Below are positions 1 to 9,191 of a DNA stretch of 64,000 bases, piece after piece (positions within the stretch are counted from its first letter, which is position 1; every line of letters begins with the position of its first letter). Under the pieces are notes generated by a model. That model was not told where the DNA came from, searched no databases, and worked only from the letters and a program-made list of their open reading frames with translations. The position numbers and the translations under genes are program-made. The stretch is from Opitutales bacterium (GTDB lineage: Bacteria; Verrucomicrobiota; Verrucomicrobiia; Opitutales; Opitutaceae): NCBI GenBank assembly GCA_038231575.1, contig JBBRLB010000011.1, positions 1,488-65,487 on the forward strand, in the 5' to 3' direction.

Positions 1-3000
1 GTAGATTGTAACTGATCGGCTGCTTCAACGCGAAGGTGAGCGGCACGGTCTCGCGCGCCGGGCTCGTGTAGTCGCCGCCCTTGGGGCGCAACGCCGACGC
101 CGTCTGCGCGATCGACGAATACTGGGGCCCGCGGTCGTTCAGGAGATTGTTGATGACGAGGTTGGCCTGGACCTCACGGCGATTCTTGAAGCGCCACGTG
201 TAGTTCAGTGTGCCGGTGACGATGTAATAGTCGTTCGGCGTGTAGACCGGCGTGTAGGCACTGACGGTGGGATCGTCGATGGCCGTCAGGGGATTCGCGG
301 GATTGACAATGGTATCGGAGCCACGCGAGCCGATGATTTGCTTGTCGCGCCAGCGCACGCCGAGGCCGCCGCGCACGCCTTTGAGCCGGCCAGACTGAAT
401 CGTGTAGTCGGCGAAGAGATTGAGCAGCGGCTGGTCTTGGCTGCGGCGCTTGCCCGAGACGACGTTCTGGCGGAAGGCGACGATGTTGTTGAAGGCATTG
501 GCGGCATTGGTCGCGTCCGGCGAACGCGTGTTGATCGGGATCGAGAGGTCAACACTCGCCACATTGTTCGCGTCGATCAACACGCCGGCGTCCTTCGCGA
601 TCTGCTGGAACAGCGGCATGTTCTTGTCGATGTAAGCCGACACATCGGGGTAGAGATTGGATTCGTAAACTTTCGGAAAACTGACGCTGCCGGTCAGGCG
701 AAACGCGCGCGACGGATTGTAGACCACCTCGACCTCGAAGCCGTTGCCCGAGCGGGTGCGGATGTCGCGATACTGCACCGGGAGATCACCGGCCCCGCGG
801 ATATTGCGGCCGACGGAGCTCTGATCGCCGACGACGTTGGCCTGATAGAGCGTGGTGAAGAAATTTGGGCCGTCCTGCGAGATCGCCCCATTGATTTCAC
901 TGGTCTGGTAGTAGGTGAAGTTGAGGTTGAGCCTGTTCTGGAACAGTTCCATCCGGAGCCCGTAGTCGGTGCCGCTGGAGACCGTCGGCTCCAGTTGGCG
1001 ACCGTCAATCCGCACGATGCCGCCGGGTGGATTGAAGGTTTCGGCGTAATTAATTGAGGGATTAAACCAGGTGGCGAAGTGCAGCACGGAGCCGACGGAG
1101 CGTGTCACCTGGGTGCCTTGGACGGGGAAGGGGTTGAAGTCGTCTTTGAAGCGATCGTTGGCGTAGAGCGGATCGCGATCGCCGTTGGGAGCGAGGCGCG
1201 GCCGGATGGCGGCTTCCTGGGGCGTGCCAATGGGCTTGCCGGCGGCGTCGCGCGTGCGGTAGGTGAGCGTCGCGTAGTCGGGGGGCGGGGAAGGACGCAT
1301 GATGCGGGTGAGGCCGTCCCAATTGAGCGGGTAGTCACCCTTGTCGATCTGCTGGACGGTGCGGAAAAGATACGAGTCCTTGCGCACGGCGCCAAGGATG
1401 ATGAGGCGGTTCTTGAAGAACTTCGCGTTCACGGAGCCGAGGAGATATTTGAAATTTGAGCGGTTGATCGACTCGGTGTCGCGCCGGGAAGTATCGACGG
1501 CCCAGATGGGCTGGATCGTCGTCGAGGTGTTGGTGTTGGGATCGAAATATTTGATTGGGCTGCCCGACGGGTCGGGGATCGGGCGGCTGAACTGGTTCCA
1601 GTAACGCCGGACGCGGACGTTTTGCGTGGCCGGGGTCGAGAGAAAGCCCCAAAGGCGGTGGTCGTTGCCCTGCGCAACGCTGAGGTAACGATAGTCGCTT
1701 TGATCTTCACCTTGGTTGATACCGCCAAGGGTGTTGAAGGCAAAGTTACCGAAGCGCGTGTCGAGCACGTAAGCGGCGGCGCCGCGGACGTTGTTATAGT
1801 CAAATTTCCGGTAGCCGCGCATGAGTTGGCCATCGCCGTAGGCTTGCTTGAAATTGGGATTCGGCGCCCCGCTGGGGAGCAGTTGGTTGATGTCGATGTA
1901 AGTGTCGTTGCTGCTGCGGTTCTGCTCGCCGTTGATGAAGGAGCGCGCGCGGTTGAAATCGCCGGCGACCTCGAAGTAAAAATCTCCGAGGCGCTGATTG
2001 AAGGTCACCTGAATGTCCTTGAAGCGTTGAGCCAAAATCGGTGCATCGGGCGAGATGGTGAACTCCTCGGAGGGCGGACGGAAAAAGGAGTTGGCGATCG
2101 CGGTGCCGAAGCGGTTGCCCGGAAGATCGACGGCGTGGAGAAACGTCGCGCCTGCGCTGGCGAAGGAGGGCAGGCTGCCCTGCACGAAGCCGGCAAGCGG
2201 CGTCGTGGTGCTGTTGCCGCCGGGGAGCGTGATGGGATCGTTCTGGTAATTCATGATTGCCGGCGAAGCGGCGCCAGGATCGAGCACAAAATAATTTGCG
2301 CCGCGGCGGCCAACGCCGAGGGCGTTGGCGTTGCCGGGCAGCGTCGTGGCGGCGGCGGGCGCATTGTAAACCGTGCGGCCATCCCAACCCGAGAGGCGGT
2401 CGTCGAGCGTGGTGAAGCCGGACTGGCGGGAGTTGACGCCATATTCACCCTCGACGCGAAGTTCGCCGTTGCGCCACGGGCGGTAGGTCGTCGTGAGCGT
2501 CGCGGCCTTGCGTTTGTCGAAGTCTTTTAACCGCCAGCCGCCGCTGTCGCCCCACACGGCGGACGCCCGCGCGGCGAACTTGTCGTTGAGTGGCTGGTTA
2601 ACATCGATCGTCGTGCGATAATTGCGCCACGAGCCGACGCTCAACTGCACGCTCTCAGCCGCCCGGTTGGTCTGTGCCCGCTTCGTCGTCGCGGAGCTGA
2701 CGCCGCTGAGCGAGCCGTTGCCGAATAGAATGGAGTTGGGACCGCGGCCGAAGTCGTAGCGCTCGAGGTTGTAGCTGTCGCCGTTGTTGAACTGCGGGAA
2801 GAAATTTCGCTGCGGCCGGCCCGCCCCAGTTCCTCGAATGGTGTAATTGATCGGCGCGGCGAAGAAGTTCTGCATGCCGTTGTCGACATTGAGGGTGCTG
2901 CTCGTGGCCCACTCGGCGGCGCTCTGGAGATCGGTCAGACCAAGGGCGTCAATAAACTCGCGCGTGATGACCGAATAGGCGACGGGAGTATCGCGGAGAT

Positions 3001-3220
3001 CGCCAGCGAGCCGACCGCCGGCGAGCGAGCTGGCGGCGGCGAAGCCCGTGTCCTTGTCTGCGTTCACCTCGAACGGGGTGAGGACGACGGCTTTGCTTGG
3101 CGCGGGCTGATCGTCGGGGCTCGCGACAGCGGGAGCACGGGCGACTTGGCCGCGGACGGTGGAGGTCAGGAGGAGTCCGGCGAGTAGCGCGGACACGCCG
3201 GTGGGGCAGCGGAGAGGCAT
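1..3220 (-). CDS. TonB-dependent outer-membrane receptor (partial; C-terminal end runs off the window)
   Basis: Absent from the ORF track because no stop lies in the window. The reverse frame opens at ATG 3220-3218 and reads MPLRCPTGVSALLAGLLLTSTVRGQ (signal peptide). It continues with TPFEVNADKDTGF, DLRDTPVAYSVITREFIDALGL and YNLERYDFGRGPNSILFGNGSLSGV, plug-domain motifs shared with the receptor at 27989-30748. The + ORFs 338-1057 and 1622-2530 look like antisense shadows. Confidence 0.85.
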   Translation of the reverse strand, partial: MPLRCPTGVSALLAGLLLTSTVRGQVARAPAVASPDDQPAPSKAVVLTPFEVNADKDTGFAAASSLAGGRLAGDLRDTPVAYSVITREFIDALGLTDLQSAAEWATSSTLNVDNGMQNFFAAPINYTIRGTGAGRPQRNFFPQFNNGDSYNLERYDFGRGPNSILFGNGSLSGVSSATTKRAQTNRAAESVQLSVGSWRNYRTTIDVNQPLNDKFAARASAVWGDSGGWRLKDFDKRKAATLTTTYRPWRNGELRVEGEYGVNSRQSGFTTLDDRLSGWDGRTVYNAPAAATTLPGNANALGVGRRGANYFVLDPGAASPAIMNYQNDPITLPGGNSTTTPLAGFVQGSLPSFASAGATFLHAVDLPGNRFGTAIANSFFRPPSEEFTISPDAPILAQRFKDIQVTFNQRLGDFYFEVAGDFNRARSFINGEQNRSSNDTYIDINQLLPSGAPNPNFKQAYGDGQLMRGYRKFDYNNVRGAAAYVLDTRFGNFAFNTLGGINQGEDQSDYRYLSVAQGNDHRLWGFLSTPATQNVRVRRYWNQFSRPIPDPSGSPIKYFDPNTNTSTTIQPIWAVDTSRRDTESINRSNFKYLLGSVNAKFFKNRLIILGAVRKDSYLFRTVQQIDKGDYPLNWDGLTRIMRPSPPPDYATLTYRTRDAAGKPIGTPQEAAIRPRLAPNGDRDPLYANDRFKDDFNPFPVQGTQVTRSVGSVLHFATWFNPSINYAETFNPPGGIVRIDGRQLEPTVSSGTDYGLRMELFQNRLNLNFTYYQTSEINGAISQDGPNFFTTLYQANVVGDQSSVGRNIRGAGDLPVQYRDIRTRSGNGFEVEVVYNPSRAFRLTGSVSFPKVYESNLYPDVSAYIDKNMPLFQQIAKDAGVLIDANNVASVDLSIPINTRSPDATNAANAFNNIVAFRQNVVSGKRRSQDQPLLNLFADYTIQSGRLKGVRGGLGVRWRDKQIIGSRGSDTIVNPANPLTAIDDPTVSAYTPVYTPNDYYIVTGTLNYTWRFKNRREVQANLVINNLLNDRGPQYSSIAQTASALRPKGGDYTSPARETVPLTFALKQPISYNL

Positions 3221-3412
3221 CGATGGGGTTGGGTTGTCTCCGCGCGTGGCGTGAGCGGGTGGGCCCGCGGGCAGTTCCGGAGGATTGGCGGAAAGGAGTC
3301 GCCGGTCGCGGAAGAAGCAAGCGCAGATTTCCGCGGTGGATCGACGGTCGCGCGATCGTAAATTCAGGATGGACACGCGGTCGGGGTCCGCTTTTTCTCC
3401 GCCTGCGTTCCC

Positions 3413-3490
3413 ATGATTATTTCCACCGCCAACTCGATTGCGATTCGCAGCATTATTAGCTGCGCGCCCGGGCGCGGAGAAATGGCGTGA
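3413..3490 (+). CDS. Ile-rich leader peptide (25 aa, MIISTANSIAIRSIISCAPGRGEMA), putative attenuator ORF for cimA
   Basis: ATG at 3413, TGA at 3488-3490. Six Ile in the first 15 codons, all ATT, while the surrounding genes use ATC. It lies between a divergent promoter region and a terminator that abuts cimA. Confidence 0.6.
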   Translation: MIISTANSIAIRSIISCAPGRGEMA

Positions 3491-3518
3491 GTTCCTGACT
3501 AAACGCGATTCTCTCTGA

Positions 3519-3552
3519 CCCCGGGCCTCACCGCCCGGGGTTTTGTTTTTTC
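3519..3552 (+). terminator. Intrinsic terminator/attenuator hairpin immediately upstream of cimA
   Basis: CCCCGGGC (3519-3526), loop CTCACC, GCCCGGGG (3533-3540), then TTTTGTTTTTT. The T-run ends 6 nt before the cimA ATG at 3558. Confidence 0.75.
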
Positions 3553-3557
3553 CGACC

Positions 3558-5123
3558 ATGAAAAACTCCAACGTCAAAATCTACGACACCACGCTCCGCG
3601 ACGGCACGCAGGGCGAGGGCATCAGCTTTTCTGTCACCGACAAGCTCCTGATCGCGGAGAAGCTCGACCAGTTTGGCGTGGACTACATCGAGGGCGGCTT
3701 TCCCGGCTCCAACCCGCGCGACATCACCTTTTTCGCCGAGGCAAAGAAGCTGAAACTGAAGCACGCGAAACTCGCGGCCTTCGGCGCCACGCGCCGCGCC
3801 GGCGTGAAGCCCGCGGACGACGCGCAACTCCGCACCCTCCTCGACAGCGGCATGCCCGTGCTGACCATCGTCGGGAAAACGTGGACGCTCCACGTCACCG
3901 AAATCCTCAAGACCACGCTCGAGGAAAACCTCGCCATGATCGAGGACTCCACGCGCCACCTCGTCGCGCACGGCCGCGAAGTGATCTACGACGCCGAGCA
4001 TTACTTCGACGGCTACAAGTCTGATCCGGATTACGCGCTGAAGACCCTCGCGGCCGCGTTGCGCGGCGGGGCCAACAATCTTTCCCTCTGCGACACGAAT
4101 GGCGGCACGCTCGTCGACGAGTTCAAAGACATCGTCGCGCGCGCCGTGCAGGAATTCGGCGGCGACCACGTGGGCGTGCATTGCCACAACGACAGCGGCG
4201 TCGGCGTGGCGCTTTCCCTCGCGGGCATCACGGCCGGCGCGACGCTGGTGCAGGGCACGACGAACGGTTATGGAGAGCGTGTCGGCAACGCAAACCTCAC
4301 GACGATTCTCCCGAATCTGTTCTTGAAGATGGGCCGCACCGCGCGTTGTGCGTCAAATCTCGCGCAGCTCCGCGACCTCTCGATTTTCTTCGACGAGCTG
4401 GCAAACCTCCGGCCCGATCCGAAGGCGCCGTTCGTGGGGCAGTCGGCCTTCGCGCACAAGGGCGGGCTGCACGCCAACGCCGCGCAGAAGGTCGCGCGCA
4501 GTTACGAACACATCGACCCGGCGCTCGTCGGCAATCGCACGCGCGTGCTCGTTTCCGATATGGCCGGCCGCAGCAGCCTCGCGCTCAAGGCGAAGGAGAT
4601 GGGCGTCGCGCTCGACGAAAAACACCCCGCGATGAAGGATCTGATCGAGGAATTGAAGGAGCGCGAATTTCGCGGCTACGAATACGAGGCGGCGGATGCT
4701 TCGTTCAAGCTGCTCGTCGCAAAACATCTCGCGCAGCGGCAAACGTTTTTCGAGGTCGAGAGCTATCGCGTGATCATCGAGCGCCACGGTGGAGATCTTT
4801 TGTCCGAGGCGACGGTGAAGCTCAAAGTGAATGGCGAATCCGTCCACACCGTCGCTGAGGACACCGGCCCGATTGGCGCGCTCGACAAAGCGCTGCGCCT
4901 CGCGCTGGAAAAGACTTATCCGCAACTCCGCACGATGACGCTGCGCGACTACAAAGTCCGCATTCTCGAGGGCAATCAGAGTGCAAGTTCGCGCACACGG
5001 GTGCTGATTGAAAGCGGCGACGGCGACCGCATCTGGGGCACCGTCGGCGTGAGCGAAAACATCATCGATGCGAGTTGGGAAGCCCTCCGAGAATCGGCGG
5101 AGTTCAAACTCTCGCTCGGGTAA
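3558..5123 (+). CDS. cimA: Citramalate synthase (LeuA/CimA family, about 520 aa form)
   Basis: MKNSNVKIYDTTLRDGTQGEGISFSVTDKLLIAEKLDQFGVDYIEGGFPGSNPRD. HxH motif (VHCHND). C-terminal LeuA-type regulatory domain. The track start at 3543 is a TTG inside the terminator T-run, so ATG 3558 is preferred. Confidence 0.85.
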   Translation: MKNSNVKIYDTTLRDGTQGEGISFSVTDKLLIAEKLDQFGVDYIEGGFPGSNPRDITFFAEAKKLKLKHAKLAAFGATRRAGVKPADDAQLRTLLDSGMPVLTIVGKTWTLHVTEILKTTLEENLAMIEDSTRHLVAHGREVIYDAEHYFDGYKSDPDYALKTLAAALRGGANNLSLCDTNGGTLVDEFKDIVARAVQEFGGDHVGVHCHNDSGVGVALSLAGITAGATLVQGTTNGYGERVGNANLTTILPNLFLKMGRTARCASNLAQLRDLSIFFDELANLRPDPKAPFVGQSAFAHKGGLHANAAQKVARSYEHIDPALVGNRTRVLVSDMAGRSSLALKAKEMGVALDEKHPAMKDLIEELKEREFRGYEYEAADASFKLLVAKHLAQRQTFFEVESYRVIIERHGGDLLSEATVKLKVNGESVHTVAEDTGPIGALDKALRLALEKTYPQLRTMTLRDYKVRILEGNQSASSRTRVLIESGDGDRIWGTVGVSENIIDASWEALRESAEFKLSLG

Positions 5124-5134
5124 TAAATTCCCCG

Positions 5135-5848
5135 ATGTCTGAAACGATCCTCGTCGAAGGCGTCACCAACGCGGAATTTTTCGAACGCCACGCGGCGCCG
5201 GGACGCATCGGACTGTATGGCGGGCCGGAACTCATCAACCGGCTCATTGGCCGGGCGCAACGCCACCTCGACGATGAACACACCTGGAGCCGGTGGTCGC
5301 ATGCCTTTCTCTTTCAAGGCCGCCGGTCTGATGGCCACCACTGGATCATCGAGTCGGATCTCGATATTCATCGGAAGCATATCCGACTCGGGGTGCAGGA
5401 AAACCGCGTCACCAAATATCACGACGACAAGACGGCGACCACGCTCGCGGTGATCGATCTTGGGCTCACGCCGGCGCAGACGGAGCGGGTCTTGGCGGGC
5501 GCGCTGGAACTCGTCGCGCAACGCACGCGCTACTCATTGCGGGAAATCGCCGGCACGGCCTGGGCGATGCGACACCCCGAATGGCGTCCGCGCGAAAACC
5601 TGCTCGCGCGCGATCGCTCGTTCTTTTGCTCGGCGTTCGTGCGCCACGTCTTCGCCGAGGCGGGCGTCGATCTCGTGACCGGCATCGCGGAGAAAAACAC
5701 CTCCCCGGAACACATTGCCCGCACGTGCGTGCCGCACACGAAATGGCTGCTGACGCGCATTGACGTCCCGGTCAGTCGCGTGCGCGGGCTCGTGAAGCGC
5801 GTGAAGGCGCGGTTGAAGCGCAAGCCCTCGGCTGACGAGAGCCGCTGA
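5135..5848 (+). CDS. Hypothetical protein, possibly a permuted papain-fold (YiiX/LRAT-like NlpC/P60 superfamily) hydrolase
   Basis: ATG at 5135 (MSETILVEG). His-then-Cys order (WSHAFLF ... FFCSAFVRHVF) resembles permuted NlpC/P60 enzymes. The functional call is weak. Confidence 0.55.
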   Translation: MSETILVEGVTNAEFFERHAAPGRIGLYGGPELINRLIGRAQRHLDDEHTWSRWSHAFLFQGRRSDGHHWIIESDLDIHRKHIRLGVQENRVTKYHDDKTATTLAVIDLGLTPAQTERVLAGALELVAQRTRYSLREIAGTAWAMRHPEWRPRENLLARDRSFFCSAFVRHVFAEAGVDLVTGIAEKNTSPEHIARTCVPHTKWLLTRIDVPVSRVRGLVKRVKARLKRKPSADESR

Positions 5849-5865
5849 GTTCGGACCTTGCCGGC

Positions 5866-6750
5866 TCAGTGGGCTCGAGCGGCCATGCGATCCGCCAGGC
5901 TGTCGAGAAAGGACTGATTGGCCGGAAGCGAAGAGAACGCGCGGCGAGCTTGGCCGGTGTGCTCGGCGGCGAAGCGCCGTGAGGTTTCGAGGCCATGGAT
6001 CTTCACGAACGTCGTCTTGTCGGCCTGCGCATCTTTGCCGGCCGTTTTGCCGAGCGTCGCGGTGTCGGCGGTGGCGTCGAGGATGTCGTCGATGATTTGG
6101 AACGCCAACCCGAGGTGGCGGCCGGCGCGACGGAGCGTGACGAGGTTCTCTTCGGTCGCGCCGCCGATGAGACCGCCCATCACGAGCGCGGCTTCGATCA
6201 TCGCGGCGGTGTTGTTGAGGTGGATAAATTCCAATTCGTCGGGCGTGGCATCGGATTTTTTCTCGGCGAGCAAGTCCTCCATTTGGCCGCCGATGAGGCG
6301 GCGGCTTCCGGCGGCATCGGCGAGTTCGCGGACGAGTGCGGCGGCGAGCTTGGGTTGGGCGGAATAGTTTTCCGCGAGGAGGGCGAACGCGTGGGTGAGG
6401 AGAGCGTCGCCGGCGAGAAGTGCCGTCGCTTCGTCGAACTGCTTGTGGGCCGTCGGGCGGCCGCGGCGGAGGTCGTCGTTGTCCATGCACGGCAAATCGT
6501 CGTGAATGAGGGAGTAAGTATGGACGCACTCGACCGCGACGGCGGCGGGCAGGGCGGAATCGTCGTTCACTCCGCATAATTCCGCGGCCGCGAGCACGAG
6601 CACGGGACGCAGGCGTTTGCCGCCGGCTTCGAGCGAGTAGCGCATCGCGGTGTGGAGGCGCGCAGGCCGGGTGTCGGCCCGCGGCACGAATTGATCGAGG
6701 CCGCGCTCGACGCGGGCGACATGGCGCTTGAGTTCGCTGGGAAAATCCAT
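5866..6750 (-). CDS. ispA: Polyprenyl (farnesyl/geranylgeranyl) diphosphate synthase
   Basis: Both Asp-rich motifs are present: LIHDDLPCMDNDDLRRG and FQIIDDILD. Start taken at MDFPSELKRH (ATG 6750). Confidence 0.9.
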   Translation of the reverse strand: MDFPSELKRHVARVERGLDQFVPRADTRPARLHTAMRYSLEAGGKRLRPVLVLAAAELCGVNDDSALPAAVAVECVHTYSLIHDDLPCMDNDDLRRGRPTAHKQFDEATALLAGDALLTHAFALLAENYSAQPKLAAALVRELADAAGSRRLIGGQMEDLLAEKKSDATPDELEFIHLNNTAAMIEAALVMGGLIGGATEENLVTLRRAGRHLGLAFQIIDDILDATADTATLGKTAGKDAQADKTTFVKIHGLETSRRFAAEHTGQARRAFSSLPANQSFLDSLADRMAARAH

Positions 6751-6855
6751 CGCCCCACTGCGTGGGCGAAATCGGCGCCGGGCGCAATCTCCGGGCGCGC
6801 CACAAACAAACTCGCCAACGCGTGGCGGGCCACCCATAACCGCTCACGTTTCGCC

Positions 6856-7179
6856 ATGCCCACCTACGAGTATGAATGCCCAAAATGCGGCCACGCTTTC
6901 GAGTTGTTCCAGTCGATGAACGACGCGCCGTTGAAAAAATGCCCGACGTGCAAAAAAACGGGAGTAAAGCGGTTGATCGGTGGCGGGGCGGGGCTGATTT
7001 TCAAGGGCTCCGGCTTCTACATCACCGACTATCGGAACAAGGATTCCGCGGCGAAAGAGAAACGCAAAACGGGCGGCGATGCGAAACCGGCGGAGTCCAA
7101 GCCGGCCGAGGCGAAGCCCGCCGCCTCCACGACTCCCGCCAAACCGACCCCGAGCCCGGTCGCGGCCGCCAAGAAATAA
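6856..7179 (+). CDS. FmdB-family zinc-ribbon protein with a low-complexity Ala/Pro/Lys tail
   Basis: MPTYEYECPKCGHAFELFQSMNDAPLKKCPTCKK (CxxC...CxxC). ATG at 6856. Confidence 0.85.
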   Translation: MPTYEYECPKCGHAFELFQSMNDAPLKKCPTCKKTGVKRLIGGGAGLIFKGSGFYITDYRNKDSAAKEKRKTGGDAKPAESKPAEAKPAASTTPAKPTPSPVAAAKK

Positions 7180-7201
7180 TTTCTCCAACCCTACCCATCC
7201 C

Positions 7202-7954
7202 ATGAGCGCAAAAAAACATGATATGTCGGCCCACGAACCCAGTTGGGCGGAAGTCATCCTCGGTGCGGCGTTGAGCGTTGTGCTCGGCGTCGTGCTCGGC
7301 GTGGTGTTGCTCGCGATCAAGCCCAATGCGGCGGTGAAGGAGCTGCCAAAAGAGCCCGTTGCCGGCACGATTTACTACGTGCAGGGTTCCCACGACAGCG
7401 CCAAGGCCCGCGCCGCGGCGGCCAAGCGGAAACAGTTTGCGCAGGGGGCCTCCGTCACGGTGACGGAGGATGAAATCAATTCGTTCCTCCCGGCGCCCCC
7501 GCCGCTCTCGATCGCGAAGCCGAAGGCCGCGGAGAAACCCAAGTCCGCCGAAAAGAAGGCGCCGGAAAAAGCCGCGAAGGCGCCCGACAAGCCCGCCGTG
7601 CCGGGCGCGGTCGCATCGACGGGCGATCTCCTCACGCTGGGCGGTCCGAATTTTCGGGTGCACGACGGCAACGTGCAAATCGCGGTGCCCGCCGTCATCA
7701 GCGTGTTCGGCTTCGATCAGGCCGTCACCGTCGTGGCCGACGGTAAATTCGTGAAGAAAGGCAGCGGCTTTGTGTTCGCGGCGGATACGCTTTATCTCGG
7801 CTCCTGCCCGATGCAACGCGTGCCGTTTGCGTCAAGTTACGTCGCGCAAAAATTCATCGGTGGGCTCCCCGTGCCGGAAGACATCGCGGCCTCGTGGTCG
7901 AAACTCACGGACGTCGCCGTCGAGGGCAACGCACTCAAACTGACGATGCCGTGA
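7202..7954 (+). CDS. Hypothetical membrane-anchored protein (one N-terminal TM helix, Lys/Ala/Pro linker)
   Basis: MSAKKHDMSAHEPSWAEVILGAALSVVLGVVLGVVLLAI. No recognisable family. The codon pattern matches the neighbouring genes. Confidence 0.7.
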   Translation: MSAKKHDMSAHEPSWAEVILGAALSVVLGVVLGVVLLAIKPNAAVKELPKEPVAGTIYYVQGSHDSAKARAAAAKRKQFAQGASVTVTEDEINSFLPAPPPLSIAKPKAAEKPKSAEKKAPEKAAKAPDKPAVPGAVASTGDLLTLGGPNFRVHDGNVQIAVPAVISVFGFDQAVTVVADGKFVKKGSGFVFAADTLYLGSCPMQRVPFASSYVAQKFIGGLPVPEDIAASWSKLTDVAVEGNALKLTMP

Positions 7955-9084
7955 GCGGCGCGCGGGCGCTGTTCGTGCGGCTGGCGTTGCTGGGGGCGAC
8001 AGGTGCGCAGGCGGCGCCGGCTCCGGCTATTTTTCAAAGCGCGCCGGGTCACTTTGAGGTGGCGGCGCTCGACGCCACGGCCGCGGAAACGGTGGCCGCC
8101 CGGGCCGAGGAAGGCTGGCAGATGCTCGCGACGTCGCTGGGTTTGCCGGACAGGTTTTCGACGCCGGTGTTCGTGCGGCTCGTGCCGGCGACGGACTGGC
8201 GCGAGCTCGCGCCGTTTCGCGTGGTCGTCGAGACGGGTGGGGTGGTGTCGGTGCGCGTGCGCTGGAGCGAAGCGACGCCCGATTTTTTTCTGCGGCGCGC
8301 GCTGGTGCAGGCGTTGCTGATGCGGCTCGCGGTCACCCAGCATGGCGTGACGGAAAAACTCGCCGCCCCGCTCTGGCTCGAGCTCGGCTGCGTAGGGTTC
8401 TGGCAAACGCGCGCGGACGCGGCGCAGTTTGACGCCCTCAAACAGGAGAGTGCCCGCTTCGATCCGCCGGCGCTCGCGGAACTGCTCGGCTGGCAGCGCG
8501 GGCAGGGGGAGGCGCGCGGCTTGACAGTCGGGTCGGTCTGGCTGCTGGCGTGGCTCCAGACGGAATCGGGCCGCGCGGGAGAGTGGCCGGCGATGTTGCG
8601 GCGGCTGTTGGGCGACGAAGACGGCGCCGAGGCGCTCGCGGCGAATTTTCCGGGACGATTTGCGAACGAGTCCGACAGCGAACTCTGGTGGCGGACCGGC
8701 TGGCACCATCTGCGGCGCGCGCGGGCGTTGCCGGGGTTCGAGGCGGCCGAGTCGCGCGAGGAGATCGCGCGTCTCGCGCGCTTCGTTTTTCAGGTTCAGG
8801 GCCATGACGCGGTCACGCCGCTCCCCACCATCCTCGCCCACGCACGCGAACCGATCGTCGAGGCCGAAGTGCGGCATCGCGCGGCGGAGCTGAGCCGGTT
8901 GCTGCCCGCACTGCATCCTTTCTACCGCAACGCCGGGTTGTCGCTGGCCGAGGCACTCGGTGCGCGCAGCGGGTCCGCCAGGGCGGGCGGTGCGCTCGCG
9001 GCCGCGTTCGAACGCGATTGGAGCGAAGCCCGCGAACTCGAAGCCGCCACGCGCGCCGCGCTCGACGCGTGGGAGAAACGGTAG
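7951..9084 (+). CDS. Hypothetical secreted protein
   Basis: A GTG at 7951 overlaps the upstream stop (GTGA). VSGARALFVRLALLGATGAQA looks like a signal peptide. No family recognised. Confidence 0.65.
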   Translation: MSGARALFVRLALLGATGAQAAPAPAIFQSAPGHFEVAALDATAAETVAARAEEGWQMLATSLGLPDRFSTPVFVRLVPATDWRELAPFRVVVETGGVVSVRVRWSEATPDFFLRRALVQALLMRLAVTQHGVTEKLAAPLWLELGCVGFWQTRADAAQFDALKQESARFDPPALAELLGWQRGQGEARGLTVGSVWLLAWLQTESGRAGEWPAMLRRLLGDEDGAEALAANFPGRFANESDSELWWRTGWHHLRRARALPGFEAAESREEIARLARFVFQVQGHDAVTPLPTILAHAREPIVEAEVRHRAAELSRLLPALHPFYRNAGLSLAEALGARSGSARAGGALAAAFERDWSEARELEAATRAALDAWEKR

Positions 9085-9191
9085 GGGGCCGTCGGGCGGG
9101 TGCAGGGAGTGGGACTGGGCCGGGCGCGACGGGCGAACCGGTGCCCGACGTTGGCTTGCTAACGGCTCGGGGCTCCCGCGAAACTTGGCGC

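Noticed and set aside
3377-3396. A small GCGG...CCGC stem followed by TTTTT lies upstream of the leader peptide.
   Set aside because: Only a 4-bp stem and no upstream gene in the same orientation. It is more likely part of the divergent promoter region.
3221-3412. I considered a cobalamin or other riboswitch upstream of the TonB-dependent receptors (also 30749-30854).
   Set aside because: No B12-box-like GCCACTG core was seen. The second leader is only about 105 nt long.
5534-6883. Very long ORFs lie antisense to recognised genes. Examples: 5534-6883(-), 12059-13588(-), 18206-19567(+), 22575-24341(+), 25794-27914(-), 28718-30631(+), 30780-34106(+), 47384-48979(-), 51761-54553(+).
   Set aside because: Their translations are Arg/Ala/Gly/Pro-rich with no motifs. 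Each one exactly shadows a gene with clear family signatures on the other strand. This is the usual high-GC artefact.
7080-7620. Repetitive AAG/GCC/CCG-rich stretches that could look like tandem repeats.
   Set aside because: They are in-frame low-complexity Lys/Ala/Pro linkers of two proteins, with no fixed repeat unit or spacer structure. They are not CRISPR or VNTR.
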